Of a stretch of 64,000 nucleotides of DNA, positions 1-9,503 are shown in pieces. Each line of letters begins with the position of its first letter. Position 1 is the first letter of the stretch. The notes beneath the pieces are model-generated. The model saw only the letters and a program-made list of their open reading frames with translations. It did no database searches and was not told where the DNA came from. Source of the DNA: Alphaproteobacteria bacterium. Its GTDB lineage: Bacteria > Pseudomonadota > Alphaproteobacteria > CAAHEQ01 > UBA3637. Both the position numbers and the translations under genes were made by a program. The DNA lies in the NCBI GenBank assembly GCA_045631185.1, contig JAZQUH010000034.1, positions 42,916 through 106,915 on the forward strand, in the 5' to 3' direction.

Positions 1-300
1 TTTTTGGTCGTTTTTCGGATTTTTGGCCCACGATTCCAAGACACCTTTTGCAACGGCCCCCATGATACCACGACTGGACAAACCAAAGGTCAACTGGTAG
101 TTCTGCTTTCCGATTTCTTTGCCCAATTCGTATGCCGCCTTGGCATAGGCCGGATTTTTACCGTTTCTGGAACCGCCGGCCACAAAAACCCGCACATTTG
201 GTTTGGTCTTTTTCGCTTGGGGTTTGGTTGTTTTTTTAGTACATTTTTTAACTTTTTTTACAGTTTTTGAATCAGGTGTTTTTTTCACGATATCCCCCAT
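1..300 (-). CDS. Rossmann-fold LOG-family (lysine-decarboxylase-like) protein, 5' part; C-terminus runs off window start
   Basis: Reverse-complement translation from ATG at 300-298 gives MGDIVKK...VRVFVAGGSRNGKNPAYAKAAYELGKEIGKQNYQLTFGLSSRGIMGAVAKGV. The GGSxxG...GxMGAVA pattern matches LOG/YgdH-like proteins. No stop before position 1. The Lys-rich N-terminus leaves the start uncertain (alternative GTG). Confidence 0.45.
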   Translation of the reverse strand, partial: MGDIVKKTPDSKTVKKVKKCTKKTTKPQAKKTKPNVRVFVAGGSRNGKNPAYAKAAYELGKEIGKQNYQLTFGLSSRGIMGAVAKGVLESWAKNPKNDQK

Positions 301-371
301 GTTTAAATTGTTATATTTATATGAAATCAGATTTTTGAAAAAAAATCCAGCCTTTTTTTAAAAAAATTGTC

Positions 372-400
372 TTGACTTTATAAAAAAAATTGTGTAAAAT
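372..400 (+). promoter_or_regulatory. sigma70-like promoter for tRNA-Gln (TTGACT-17-TAAAAT)
   Basis: TTGACT at 372-377, 17-nt spacer, TAAAAT at 395-400, about 20 nt upstream of the tRNA 5' end. Confidence 0.5.
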
Positions 401-419
401 TCCCACATTGACACATTAT

Positions 420-494
420 TGGGGTGTCGCCAAGCGGTAAGGCAACGGTTTTTGATACCGTCATTCGTTGGTTCGAATCCAGCCACCCCAGCCA
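420..494 (+). tRNA. tRNA-Gln (anticodon UUG)
   Basis: Manual cloverleaf: acceptor TGGGGTG/CACCCCA, D-arm GCC/GGC, anticodon stem ACGGT/ACCGT with loop TTTTGAT (anticodon TTG), T-arm GTTGG-TTCGAAT-CCAGC, encoded CCA. Confidence 0.85.
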
Positions 495-504
495 ATAAAA
501 AAAA

Positions 505-528
505 GTCCCGTTTATCGGGGCTTTTTTT
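505..528 (+). terminator. rho-independent terminator hairpin (GTCCCG-TTTAT-CGGGGC + T7)
   Basis: GC-rich stem followed by a T-run directly after tRNA-Gln. Confidence 0.6.
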
Positions 529-633
529 ATTGCTTGTGGGTGAGCGATGAGAACCAATGTTCGGTCGCGAATGAAATAAGCGGACGCCAAAGGCGGTCCG
601 AACAACGTGAGGACGAGGGATTTATCCCGAGAA

Positions 634-652
634 ATCCAGCCACCCCAGCCAA
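634..652 (+). repeat. 19-nt direct repeat of the tRNA-Gln 3' end (AATCCAGCCACCCCAGCCA)
   Basis: Exact copy of tRNA positions 476-494, lying 139 bp downstream of the tRNA. Confidence 0.8.
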
Positions 653-778
653 ACCTTGAAGGGTGCCAAAAAAATGGCAACTTTTTCTTTTTGTTTTTTT
701 GTTTTCAGTATTGATCAATCGGGATAATTTTAAAATTCAAAAAAGATTCCAAGATAGAGAGATGGTTGACAAATCTCT

Positions 779-1033
779 TTGGAAAGAGTATACTCCAAAA
801 ACAAGGCAGAATTTGAATATATGAGAAAGGAATTAAAGATGAATCCAACAGTAGTAGGTAGTATCTATGGAACAGCAATAGGCACAGCCATTTGTTTGAG
901 TGTTGTTTATAGTTGTTGGTTGGCAAAACAACGTAAAAAGGATCCGCCACCTCAAGTCAAATTATCTGATAATGGAGATGAAGAAAAACTGGCTTGTTCC
1001 ACCAAATACATCAAAGCTATTTGTCGGGATTAG
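779..1033 (+). CDS. small hypothetical membrane protein (one TM helix); likely starts at internal ATG 839 (MNPTVV...)
   Basis: ORF with hydrophobic segment VVGSIYGTAIGTAICLSVVYSCWL. AAGGA RBS 8 nt before ATG at 839. Confidence 0.3.
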   Translation: MERVYSKNKAEFEYMRKELKMNPTVVGSIYGTAIGTAICLSVVYSCWLAKQRKKDPPPQVKLSDNGDEEKLACSTKYIKAICRD

Positions 1034-1195
1034 AACGATCGCAGTAAGTCCGTGTATAGCAAGATGACCCCAGCCAAACCGCACATAACGCCAATTATTG
1101 GCGTTTTTTCTTTTATTTCTAAGCATTTGTTCTGGTTCGAACGCAAAATTTTAAAATGGCTCATTTTTTGAGTCGGGTCGAACCATAATGGTGCT

Positions 1196-1654
1196 TTATT
1201 TTTGAATTTCTGACCTAATTTTCATTAAAACTTTCCCTATACGATTCATACCACTTCCTTCACCAAAACCACATTTATAACATACTGGGCATGATTTAAT
1301 CAATATTGCATCACCCGTGGATTTTAACAATTCTGCAGCCTCAGGGTTCTGAATAAATTTAGCATATAAAGCTTTTTCCATAATATCGAATTTGTTGGTA
1401 TCAAAATCTTTTCTGCGATTTATTTTGTATTCCGGTGTTTTGGTAAGCAATCGTGCCTCATCAGGATCTTTTAATTTTAAAATAACATCAAATCTTTTGT
1501 CTGACGCATGAAATTTCATCGCTTGATAGTAATGTTCAACACTTGGAAAAATATAATCTGCATCATCCACTGTCATTTTTATCGGAAAACCAGCCAGTGG
1601 TGATAAAAACCAATATTCCCCTTTTGGAGTACAAAATCTTATTTCTTTTGGCAT
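1196..1654 (-). CDS. NADAR-domain protein (YbiA-like N-glycosidase, DUF1768)
   Basis: 152-aa ORF with SVEHYYQAMKF motif typical of NADAR/YbiA family. Confidence 0.55.
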   Translation of the reverse strand: MPKEIRFCTPKGEYWFLSPLAGFPIKMTVDDADYIFPSVEHYYQAMKFHASDKRFDVILKLKDPDEARLLTKTPEYKINRRKDFDTNKFDIMEKALYAKFIQNPEAAELLKSTGDAILIKSCPVCYKCGFGEGSGMNRIGKVLMKIRSEIQK

Positions 1655-1741
1655 TATAGAAACCTTTCAAAAATACTTTATCAGTAATTATTTCAGATGT
1701 CAATATAGTATGAAATCGGCTCGGAAATCGCACGATTAGTC

Positions 1742-1790
1742 CAGCCAATAAAAAAAGTCCCGTTTATCGGGGCTTTTTTTATTGATGATA
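1742..1790. repeat. second copy of tRNA-Gln 3' end (last ~8 nt) plus its downstream terminator hairpin
   Basis: tccagccaataaaaaaagtcccgtttatcggggctttttttattg matches 482-533 except for a 9-nt gap. Contains the same GTCCCG-TTTAT-CGGGGC hairpin, which works as a bidirectional terminator here. Confidence 0.75.
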
Positions 1791-1808
1791 TAAAGATTGT
1801 AAATGTGT

Positions 1809-2477
1809 TTAATCTCGTGTCTTTTGTATACTTTTTCTGTATTCTTTGGTCAAAGCGTGTTTTGCAATTTTTCGCCCTGCCGTTGGTGGTAAATTATTGA
1901 TGGCATCAATTACTTCATTATATTCTTGACGTACTTCATCTTGTTTTTTTGTTCGCATGTTGCCTGTTTCAAATCCAGCGAAATAATTACTCAGTTCTGC
2001 TTTACCCCCAGTTCGGTTTAGCCAACGTCCTTTCTTTTTTAATATACCATTTGGGGCCCATTCCTCATATTCTCCGGTTTTACGATCATGTCGTATTTTA
2101 AGTTTTCCGTTGGGATGATAGTGTGTTTCTATTCGAGTTCTTTCATTTACCCGTTTATCAAGGAGCATATTTCCATTTTCATCCCATAGAATTTTGCGAA
2201 TTTTATCCCCTAAAATTTCATTTACTTCTTTGTATGTTCCATTTGGATAGAAAATTTGTTCCACAGTGTTGCCATTTTTCCACCGAACATAGTTTCGCCT
2301 CAATGCGCCATCGGGATAAAAATTTTTACTTGTTACTCTTTTATCTGTTTCGGTTAAAACAGCCAAAATTTTTCTTTTTTCCCAAAATTTCCAAAAATGA
2401 CTTCTGGGGTAATAGGTGATTATTTGGGTTTTGCGTTTAATCATTTGTTTTCCTTTTGATGTGATATATTTTACCAT
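1809..2477 (-). CDS. MORN-repeat protein (YwqK-like)
   Basis: Repeated YxNG.LK..G...W..NG motifs (YPNGKLKIRHDRKTGEYEEWAPNG...). Confidence 0.55.
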   Translation of the reverse strand: MVKYITSKGKQMIKRKTQIITYYPRSHFWKFWEKRKILAVLTETDKRVTSKNFYPDGALRRNYVRWKNGNTVEQIFYPNGTYKEVNEILGDKIRKILWDENGNMLLDKRVNERTRIETHYHPNGKLKIRHDRKTGEYEEWAPNGILKKKGRWLNRTGGKAELSNYFAGFETGNMRTKKQDEVRQEYNEVIDAINNLPPTAGRKIAKHALTKEYRKSIQKTRD

Positions 2478-2763
2478 ATTTTGGGTGATAAGTCAAATTG
2501 ATTGCATATGAAGAAAAACTTTATGTTTAAAATTTAATATGCCAAATTCAAGTCATTTAAAAGAGTAGGCCACGCTCTATGTTAAAGTATCCATTCATAG
2601 CGTTCCAAGAAGGAATTCTACACTTCAAAATCAGAGATAGTTTAGTCCGTGTACAGCGTTTTTCAAAAAGCCTGTTTTTTTACCCCTACACAGACTCACA
2701 TTTCAAAAAATTCTTATTCTAGAATATTTCCCAATCGAGACGTCAATTTTTATTCGAGAGAAA

Positions 2764-3198
2764 TTACCATATATTTAACAATTTTGAACCCCAAAAAATA
2801 AGATAAAAAATAAGCGAACAAAAAGAAGTCATGAAAAGAGCTTCTTTTTTATTGCTATATATGTCATAAAAAAGAACATAAAAGAAAATAAAAAAAGATG
2901 GAAGAAGTCCCCAAATTGCTTGTACACCCTTTGTGAACGCGCTCAAAACTGAGACTGGGAATATTGCCGCAACAATCAAAAAGATAAACAAAATAAGTTT
3001 GTTAATCATCCATATTTTTTTGAAACGAATAATTAAAAGAGATGATATAATCGCCGGAATATATAACCAAGGCATTAAATAAAAATAATCTGAAATAGTA
3101 TGCTTTTGTGCTGACATCCCAAGGCCCATCATAGTAAAAAACATAAAAGCAATACCTATCGGAATAAATAAGCATATCAAAATATTTTTAATTATCAT
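2764..3198 (-). CDS. hypothetical integral membrane protein
   Basis: 144-aa ORF, almost entirely hydrophobic helices. Confidence 0.4.
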   Translation of the reverse strand: MIIKNILICLFIPIGIAFMFFTMMGLGMSAQKHTISDYFYLMPWLYIPAIISSLLIIRFKKIWMINKLILFIFLIVAAIFPVSVLSAFTKGVQAIWGLLPSFFIFFYVLFYDIYSNKKEALFMTSFCSLIFYLIFWGSKLLNIW

Positions 3199-3465
3199 TT
3201 TTTTTGTTTACTTTTTACCTCATTATATCTGATATAAATTAATATAACGCGGTAAGTCTAACATTCAGATATTATTTTGTCAATCTAAAAATTTTAGTTT
3301 GTTATATACAAGATGTTTTTAGGTAAATATTGTAAAACAGCTTTATTGAATTTTTTATTTTATTATTTGTTTTTTTTGTTTTTATAATTTAAATGTTTGT
3401 AAAATTTATATTTTACTGGACTTTTAAAATATTTTTCTTTATAATCAATAAAAAAGGAGGTTTGA

Positions 3466-3888
3466 ATGGCCATTTTTAAAATAGAGGAAAATTTAGCAAA
3501 AAAAGATTTGCAGAACTCAACAGAGGAAGAAGCAATGGCTGATTTGATGCGGGCTTTTCCGATGATGGTTTGCGGTGATGTTCAGACGATGAGAATGGTT
3601 GTAAATGAAGCTCGTGGTTTATACGAGCCTCAACGTACAGAGTATCTTCGCTCCAGATTGTTACCTCTTGCATTAAAACTAAAAGAACAGGGGAGTGTTT
3701 TTGGTTACCCTTTAGTAACTGATGTTGCTTCTCATTTATATAACTTTTTATCGCTTCAGCAAGTTAATGAAAAGCGTGAATTGGATATCATTTACGGGGA
3801 TGTTTTAACATTGCAAAACATCCTGTGGAAACGCATCAGTGGTGACGGTGGTGAAGAAGGACGCAGAATTCTGGCTCAACTGGTATAA
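3466..3888 (+). CDS. hypothetical protein, first gene of a two-component operon
   Basis: Strong RBS AAGGAGG 6 nt upstream. Ends 9 nt before the response-regulator gene. Confidence 0.45.
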   Translation: MAIFKIEENLAKKDLQNSTEEEAMADLMRAFPMMVCGDVQTMRMVVNEARGLYEPQRTEYLRSRLLPLALKLKEQGSVFGYPLVTDVASHLYNFLSLQQVNEKRELDIIYGDVLTLQNILWKRISGDGGEEGRRILAQLV

Positions 3889-3896
3889 GGATTATA

Positions 3897-4565
3897 ATGA
3901 GTTTGGGGCATTTGTTGGTTGTGGATGATGATAAGCGTTTGCGTCAGTTATTAAAACAATATCTGACCCAAGCCGATTTTACTGTTTCCGTGGCCGAAGA
4001 TGCCATTCAGGCCGAAGAATTGTTTAATCTGTTTTCCTTTGATGTCGTTATCATGGATGTGATGATGCCACATAAAAACGGTGTTGAATACACGCAACAA
4101 TTACGCCAAAAAGGTTTTCAAACGCCGATTTTGATGTTGACAGCCATGGGGGATGTGGCCAGTCGAATTACAGGATTAGAAGCCGGTGCCGATGATTATC
4201 TGCCCAAACCTTTTGATCCCAAAGAATTGTTGTTAAGAATTAAAAATTTAATGAAACATCAAAAAACACCATCAGATACTGTTTGTTTTGGTGATTTTAC
4301 CTATTTCAAATCAAAAAAATCTTTGATTCATCAAAATAAACCTGTTAACTTAACAGGGGCAGAACAGCAACTGTTGGATATTCTAATTCAATCCGTCAAT
4401 ACTGTTTTAACCCGTGAAGAGTTGGCACAAAAAATGCAAACGGATTCCGTACGTACCGTAGATGTACAAATTACCCGTCTCAGACGAAAAATTGAACAAG
4501 ATCACAAACGCCCTGTTTGGATACAGACTGTTCGGGGTCAGGGTTATAAATTAGTGAGGTTATAA
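3897..4565 (+). CDS. OmpR-family response regulator (receiver + winged helix)
   Basis: LLVVDDD...D54-like DVVIMDVMMP...KPF receiver motifs. C-terminal winged-helix pattern. Confidence 0.85.
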   Translation: MSLGHLLVVDDDKRLRQLLKQYLTQADFTVSVAEDAIQAEELFNLFSFDVVIMDVMMPHKNGVEYTQQLRQKGFQTPILMLTAMGDVASRITGLEAGADDYLPKPFDPKELLLRIKNLMKHQKTPSDTVCFGDFTYFKSKKSLIHQNKPVNLTGAEQQLLDILIQSVNTVLTREELAQKMQTDSVRTVDVQITRLRRKIEQDHKRPVWIQTVRGQGYKLVRL

Positions 4566-5884
4566 TGCGAATTTTTAAATATTTAAAACGTAAATTTTTC
4601 CCGCGTCATTTATTGGGGCGCTTTATTTTGATTATTTTATTGCCTATGGTTATATTACAGGCGATGATCGGGATTTACTTTTTTAACAAGCATTGGGATA
4701 CGATCAGCCGTCGTTTGGCAAACGACGTTATCGGTGAAATTCGTCTGATTGCCCATTGGTCGGAAATGCAAGAAGATCCAAGTGCGAAACTAGATGTATT
4801 TGAAAAAAATTTAGGACTTCAGTTAAACTGGAAAGCGGATGAAAAACTCTCTTACGACAAAACAAATGAACGTTTAAGTTCGGCAAAATTACGAAATAAA
4901 ATTGAAGATTTGCCTTATCCCCAAACAACTTATACAAATGAAAAGGGCGAACAGGAAATTGATATCCAATTATCTAAGGGTGTATTAAATATTGTTGTGC
5001 CACGCAAAAGATTTTTCAGCACAACTGTTCCTTCATTTTTATGGTGGATGTTAGGGTCATCCGTTTTATTGTTCACGATTGCTTTTTTATTTATGAAAAA
5101 TCAAGTACGCGCCATTACCCGTTTGGCTAAGGCTGCCGAATTATTCGGTATGGGACAAGAGGTACGCTTCAAACCTGAGGGAGCCTATGAAGTGCGCTTG
5201 GCCGGTCTTTCTTTTATTGAAATGAAAGAAAGAATTGCCAGATATATGAGTGAGAGGACATCTATGTTGGCCGGTGTTTCGCACGATTTGCGAACCCCTT
5301 TGACACGAATGAAATTGGAATTGTCTATGATGGAACCGGACGAAACAACACAAATGTTGCACCAAGATATCAATGAAATGGAAAGTATGTTGACGGGATA
5401 TTTGGATTTTGCCCGTGGCGCCGGCAAAGAAAAAATGGAAGAAATTGATTTGGATTTATTCTTAACCTCTTTGGTGGAAAAATACAAACGGGTCGGTTTT
5501 GGTGTTTCTTTGCATATAGAACAAACCGCAAAAGTAATGGCCAGACCTCATGAACTGATGCGCGCTTTTTCAAATTTAATATCCAATGCGCAAAACTATG
5601 CCACAAAAACAAATGTTTCTATGGGCATTCGGGATGATATGATTCAAGTCACGGTTGACGATAACGGGCCGGGTATTCCAGCAAAAAAACGTGATGAGGT
5701 TTTTAAACCTTTTTATCGGGTGGAACCATCACGCAACAAAAACACTGGTGGCGTTGGTTTAGGTATGACAATTGCCCGTGATACGATTTTATCTCACGGT
5801 GGTGAAATTAAACTGGAAACCAGCCCAATGAAAGGTTTGCGTGTTTTAATCACTTTACCGATAAAGAATGATATAGCGCAATAA
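4565..5884 (+). CDS. EnvZ-like sensor histidine kinase (2 TM, HisKA, HATPase_c)
   Basis: H-box GVSHDLRTPLTRM. N, G1 (DDNGPGIP) and G2 (GGVGLGMTIA) boxes. Start overlaps the regulator's stop. Confidence 0.85.
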   Translation: MRIFKYLKRKFFPRHLLGRFILIILLPMVILQAMIGIYFFNKHWDTISRRLANDVIGEIRLIAHWSEMQEDPSAKLDVFEKNLGLQLNWKADEKLSYDKTNERLSSAKLRNKIEDLPYPQTTYTNEKGEQEIDIQLSKGVLNIVVPRKRFFSTTVPSFLWWMLGSSVLLFTIAFLFMKNQVRAITRLAKAAELFGMGQEVRFKPEGAYEVRLAGLSFIEMKERIARYMSERTSMLAGVSHDLRTPLTRMKLELSMMEPDETTQMLHQDINEMESMLTGYLDFARGAGKEKMEEIDLDLFLTSLVEKYKRVGFGVSLHIEQTAKVMARPHELMRAFSNLISNAQNYATKTNVSMGIRDDMIQVTVDDNGPGIPAKKRDEVFKPFYRVEPSRNKNTGGVGLGMTIARDTILSHGGEIKLETSPMKGLRVLITLPIKNDIAQ

Positions 5885-5906
5885 AGTAAAAAAAGATATA
5901 AAAATT

Positions 5907-5936
5907 CTTGCATTTTATTGAAAAATGTGTATAATA
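5907..5936 (+). promoter_or_regulatory. sigma70 promoter (TTGCAT-N16/17-TGTGTATAAT, extended -10) for rplY-pth operon
   Basis: cttgcattttattgaaaaatgtgtataat. Confidence 0.45.
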
Positions 5937-6020
5937 AAGAGGTTCGTATCATGGGATGCGAATGGGATTTTTCACCCCTGGAGGAAAAATCCGTTACTTA
6001 AAAACAAAAAAGGATAAAAA

Positions 6021-6647
6021 ATGAAAACAGTATCATTGAACGCAACAAAGCGTGAAAAAGCTGGCAAGGGGGCCTCTCGGGCTATTCGTCTTAAGGGGTT
6101 TATTCCTGCCGTTATTTATGGGGATAAACAAGCTCCTGAAATGATTGCCATTGAAGAAAAATTCATGGTGGCAGAAATGAATAAAAAAGGTCTTTGGACC
6201 CGTCAATATGAAATCAATGTGGATGGTAAAGAAAAACATTTGGTGTTGTGCCAAGATATTCAAAAACATCCCGTTTCAAATCGCCCGATTCATGCGGACT
6301 TTTTAAGAATTTCAAAAACAGCTTTACTGACCTTGGATATTCCTTTGCAATTTGTTGGTGAAGATGTTGCTCCTGGCTTCAAAAAAGGCGGTGTGTTGAA
6401 CATCGTTCATCGTACGGTTGAAGCAAAATGTACAGCTGATAAGATTCCTGAATTCTTTACGGTTGATTTGTCCAAAGCCGAAATCGGTGATGGCTTTAAC
6501 GCTTTTGACATTCAAATGCCTGAAGGTGTTTCTTTGTCATCTAAAGAAGACTTCACAGTGGCCAGCGTTGTGGCACCACAGGAAGAAACGGCTGCTGCTA
6601 ATACAACTGCTTCTGCCGAAGCCGAAAAGACTGAGGAGAAAAAATAA
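6021..6647 (+). CDS. rplY: 50S ribosomal protein L25 / general stress protein Ctc
   Basis: 208 aa with L25/Ctc N-terminal pattern (KREKAGKGASRAIRLKGFIPAVIYG) and acidic C-terminal tail. Confidence 0.85.
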   Translation: MKTVSLNATKREKAGKGASRAIRLKGFIPAVIYGDKQAPEMIAIEEKFMVAEMNKKGLWTRQYEINVDGKEKHLVLCQDIQKHPVSNRPIHADFLRISKTALLTLDIPLQFVGEDVAPGFKKGGVLNIVHRTVEAKCTADKIPEFFTVDLSKAEIGDGFNAFDIQMPEGVSLSSKEDFTVASVVAPQEETAAANTTASAEAEKTEEKK

Positions 6648-7198
6648 TGAAATTGTTGGTGGGATTGGGCAATCCGGGAACGGAGTATGCAAAAACTCGC
6701 CACAATATGGGATTTCAGGCGGTGGACGAACTTGTCCGCCGCTTTTCCTTTGATGCTTTTAAATCTGAACACAAAGGTTTGCTTGCCAAAGGCCAAATTG
6801 CCAACGAACGTTGCTTAATACTAAAGCCTGAAACTTATATGAATTTGTCGGGTGAATCCGTTCAAAGCGTAATGGCTTTTTATAAAATTCAACCTCAGGA
6901 TATTATTGTTTTTCATGATGATTTGGATTTACCTGTCGGTAAAGTGAAAGTAAAAATTGGTGGTGGCAGTGGTGGTCATAACGGTATCAAAAACATAGAC
7001 TCGCATATCGGTGTCAATTACATGCGTGTCCGCATTGGCGTTGATAAAAATAAAATGATTGATACAGCCAATTATGTATTGGGCAAACCGTCCGCTGATG
7101 AGCAAAAGATTTTGGATGTTTTATTTGAACAAATTGCCCAAAATGTTGAATTATTACTAAAAGGCGATATGTCCGCCTTTATGAATAAAATTAAATGA
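6647..7198 (+). CDS. pth: peptidyl-tRNA hydrolase
   Basis: MKLLVGLGNPGTEYAKTRHNMGF signature. Confidence 0.9.
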   Translation: MKLLVGLGNPGTEYAKTRHNMGFQAVDELVRRFSFDAFKSEHKGLLAKGQIANERCLILKPETYMNLSGESVQSVMAFYKIQPQDIIVFHDDLDLPVGKVKVKIGGGSGGHNGIKNIDSHIGVNYMRVRIGVDKNKMIDTANYVLGKPSADEQKILDVLFEQIAQNVELLLKGDMSAFMNKIK

Positions 7199-8274
7199 AT
7201 GAACGTGAAATTTCGGTTTTGTCAGATTTGATGAGGGTTATTGATAAAAAACCCGCCGTTGCCCCTGAAATCATTAATGATTATTTGGCCAAACACAAAT
7301 TTATAAAAGGTCCTGAAAAGGCCGAATTTTTGCAATCTGTATGGTCTATGATACGGGCCAAAGCGCGTTTGATTTGGGCCTATCCGGATGATGATTGGCA
7401 AGGCCGTGTTCAAAAGTTCATAGAAAACGGCATTCCTGATGTATCCCAGGCACCCGATTGGGTTCAATGGGAAACGCCCGAATGGTTTTTGTCGCATATT
7501 CCTGAGGCGAAAAACGAACTGCCAGCCTTAATGGAAAATCCGCCAATTATTTTAAGGGCTATCGGTCATCGTAATGAGATTTTGGAAAGCCTGAAAAAAG
7601 AAGGCTTGGATGTAGCTCCTTGCGATAAATCCCCCTTTGGGATTGTTTTAAAAACATATGCCAATATAAAAAATACAAATGCCTGGAAAAAAGGATGGTT
7701 GGAAATTCAAGACGAAGGAGCCCAATTATTATCATTGGAAATTGGCATAAAACCCAAACAATCTGTTTTTGATTTTTGTGCAGGCGCCGGTGGTAAATCG
7801 TTAATTTTTGCCCAAATGATGCAAAATCAAGGACAAATTCAGGCCTATGATATAACGCCCAAAAAATTATTTGAATTGGTCAAACGGGCCACTCGGGCAC
7901 AAATTAAAATCATTAAAATTATCACAAAATTGGAACGCCCTGATAAAAAGTTTGATCATGTGGTGGTGGATGCTCCTTGTTCGGGTTGTGGTACATGGCG
8001 CAGAACACCGAATATGCGTTGGCATTTAACCGAAAAACAATTAAAACATATCACAAAGACGCAAGCCGAAATTTTAAATCGGGCTGAACAATATTTAAAA
8101 ACAGGTGGTTATTTGTCATATATTACCTGTTCTTTAACCTTTGATGAAAACGAACAACAGGTTGAAAAATTTTTATCTGAACATCCTAATTATAAGGTTA
8201 TCAAACAAAAACGCTATTCGCCATATCTGACAAAAACAGATGGTTTCTTTTTGTGCGTTATGCAACGTAATTAG
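7195..8274 (+). CDS. RsmB/Sun-family RNA cytosine-C5 methyltransferase
   Basis: SAM-binding DFCAGAGGKS and catalytic DAPCSGCGTWRR motifs. Confidence 0.8.
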   Translation: MNEREISVLSDLMRVIDKKPAVAPEIINDYLAKHKFIKGPEKAEFLQSVWSMIRAKARLIWAYPDDDWQGRVQKFIENGIPDVSQAPDWVQWETPEWFLSHIPEAKNELPALMENPPIILRAIGHRNEILESLKKEGLDVAPCDKSPFGIVLKTYANIKNTNAWKKGWLEIQDEGAQLLSLEIGIKPKQSVFDFCAGAGGKSLIFAQMMQNQGQIQAYDITPKKLFELVKRATRAQIKIIKIITKLERPDKKFDHVVVDAPCSGCGTWRRTPNMRWHLTEKQLKHITKTQAEILNRAEQYLKTGGYLSYITCSLTFDENEQQVEKFLSEHPNYKVIKQKRYSPYLTKTDGFFLCVMQRN

Positions 8275-8292
8275 ATTTTTAAATGTCAAAAA

Positions 8293-9216
8293 ATGTCGAA
8301 AATAAAATTGAAGGATTCGAAGTTATTAGATGAAAATAAAAAGCCGATAGCTTTTTATCATGCAACGCCATTTCAGGGAAGAATAACATCTTTCTTTCCG
8401 TTATCGCACTTTGGAACAAAAAGAGCAGCAGAGATTCGCGCTTTGCATTTTACCTATAAGGCTTTGGGTATTCCTGAGCCGGAGGATTTTTTAGATAATT
8501 ATTCGTTTGTAAAGCAAGAAAAAAAATTAGAAAATTTTCAATATCCGAAAATAACAATATATGATGTTTTTTTGGCCGTTAAAAGACCTTTGAAAATTCA
8601 TGATTTTGGTTGTCACTCTTTGGCACAATATTGTTCTTGGTTTTTATATATGTACAAACCAAAATCTCAATTTTTATCTGGTTCGGAAAGATGTGAGGGG
8701 GACGTTGTTGGTCCAAATAAAATAAAATATAAAAAACATTTGACGGATTTCATTTTTGTTGATCCATTTACCCGTTCTGAAAAGGATTTAAAAAATGAAT
8801 TGAGGGCGGAATCTTTATATAATGATTCAAAAGATTTGAAAAATAAACCTGATTTGCTTCCGTCTTTTCTGCATTCAGTTCGATCTCAGGTAAATCCTGA
8901 TAATTTTTCTTTGGCACAAAAGGTTGCATTTCAACGTATGATTCGTTTTCTGGAAGGTGAGGGATATGATGCTTTTTCTTATTTAAACGATTATGAGGAT
9001 AAAGGAAAGAGCAGTTATATTATTTTTCGTCCACAACAGGTTTTTATAGATCAGAAAACAGGAGTAGAGCATATTATACCCGATGTAAATTCAAAATTGT
9101 TGCAAGAAAATGAAAACGCTTTCTTTTTACAAAGAGGAATTCTCTCGCCCAGTCAAAGAATACAAAAAAGCAAACAATTTGGATACAGCACTTATTTAAA
9201 AAGACAGTGCCGATAA
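8293..9216 (+). CDS. hypothetical protein (no recognisable domain)
   Basis: 307-aa ORF following rsmB. Confidence 0.4.
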   Translation: MSKIKLKDSKLLDENKKPIAFYHATPFQGRITSFFPLSHFGTKRAAEIRALHFTYKALGIPEPEDFLDNYSFVKQEKKLENFQYPKITIYDVFLAVKRPLKIHDFGCHSLAQYCSWFLYMYKPKSQFLSGSERCEGDVVGPNKIKYKKHLTDFIFVDPFTRSEKDLKNELRAESLYNDSKDLKNKPDLLPSFLHSVRSQVNPDNFSLAQKVAFQRMIRFLEGEGYDAFSYLNDYEDKGKSSYIIFRPQQVFIDQKTGVEHIIPDVNSKLLQENENAFFLQRGILSPSQRIQKSKQFGYSTYLKRQCR

Positions 9217-9441
9217 TTACTTTATTTTTTGTTGATCTTGTTTTATGGCTGTACTCTTATGGACGCAAATCCGTTCGGGTTTTTGTTGAGTGGGATTTTC
9301 AAATTTCACAAGGTCTTTTTTTTTCTTTAAATTATTTACAGAATAAACAATACAATTTGGATAATTCATTTTAAGTCCTTTTAAGTTTCTTGTATTGTAG
9401 TATTTTTTATTTCAAAAGTCAACTTTTTTCAACTAAATCGC

Positions 9442-9469
9442 TTGATAAAGTGATAAAGTTTGCTAGTGT
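9442..9469 (+). promoter_or_regulatory. sigma70 promoter TTGATA-16-TAGTGT; family-specific promoter shared with the 23825 and 53020 copies
   Basis: cttgataaagtgataaagtttgctagtgtgggga versus cttgacaaaggcgataaagttcgctagtatgggga at the other two loci. Confidence 0.6.
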
Positions 9470-9503
9470 GGGGATAATTAATAAATAATAAAGGGAGATA
9501 AAA

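Noticed and set aside
4-270. 88-aa plus-strand ORF at the window start
   Set aside because: Low-complexity, stop-free antisense frame of the minus-strand LOG-family gene (1-300). The minus-strand translation has a clear GGSxxG...GxMGAVA Rossmann signature. The plus-strand one has nothing.
530-652. Possible degenerate pseudo-tRNA between the two tRNA-Gln 3'-end repeats
   Set aside because: Acceptor-like GTGGGTG and a strong hairpin (CGGACGCC-AAA-GGCGGTCCG) are present, but I could not fold a convincing cloverleaf by hand. Left as part of the tRNA-Gln repeat finding rather than annotated as a feature.
378-718. ORFs 378-680(-), 468-659(+), 527-718(-) overlapping the tRNA-Gln region
   Set aside because: They span a tRNA, its terminator and repeat DNA. 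No RBS and no protein-like composition. Explained by the non-coding features.
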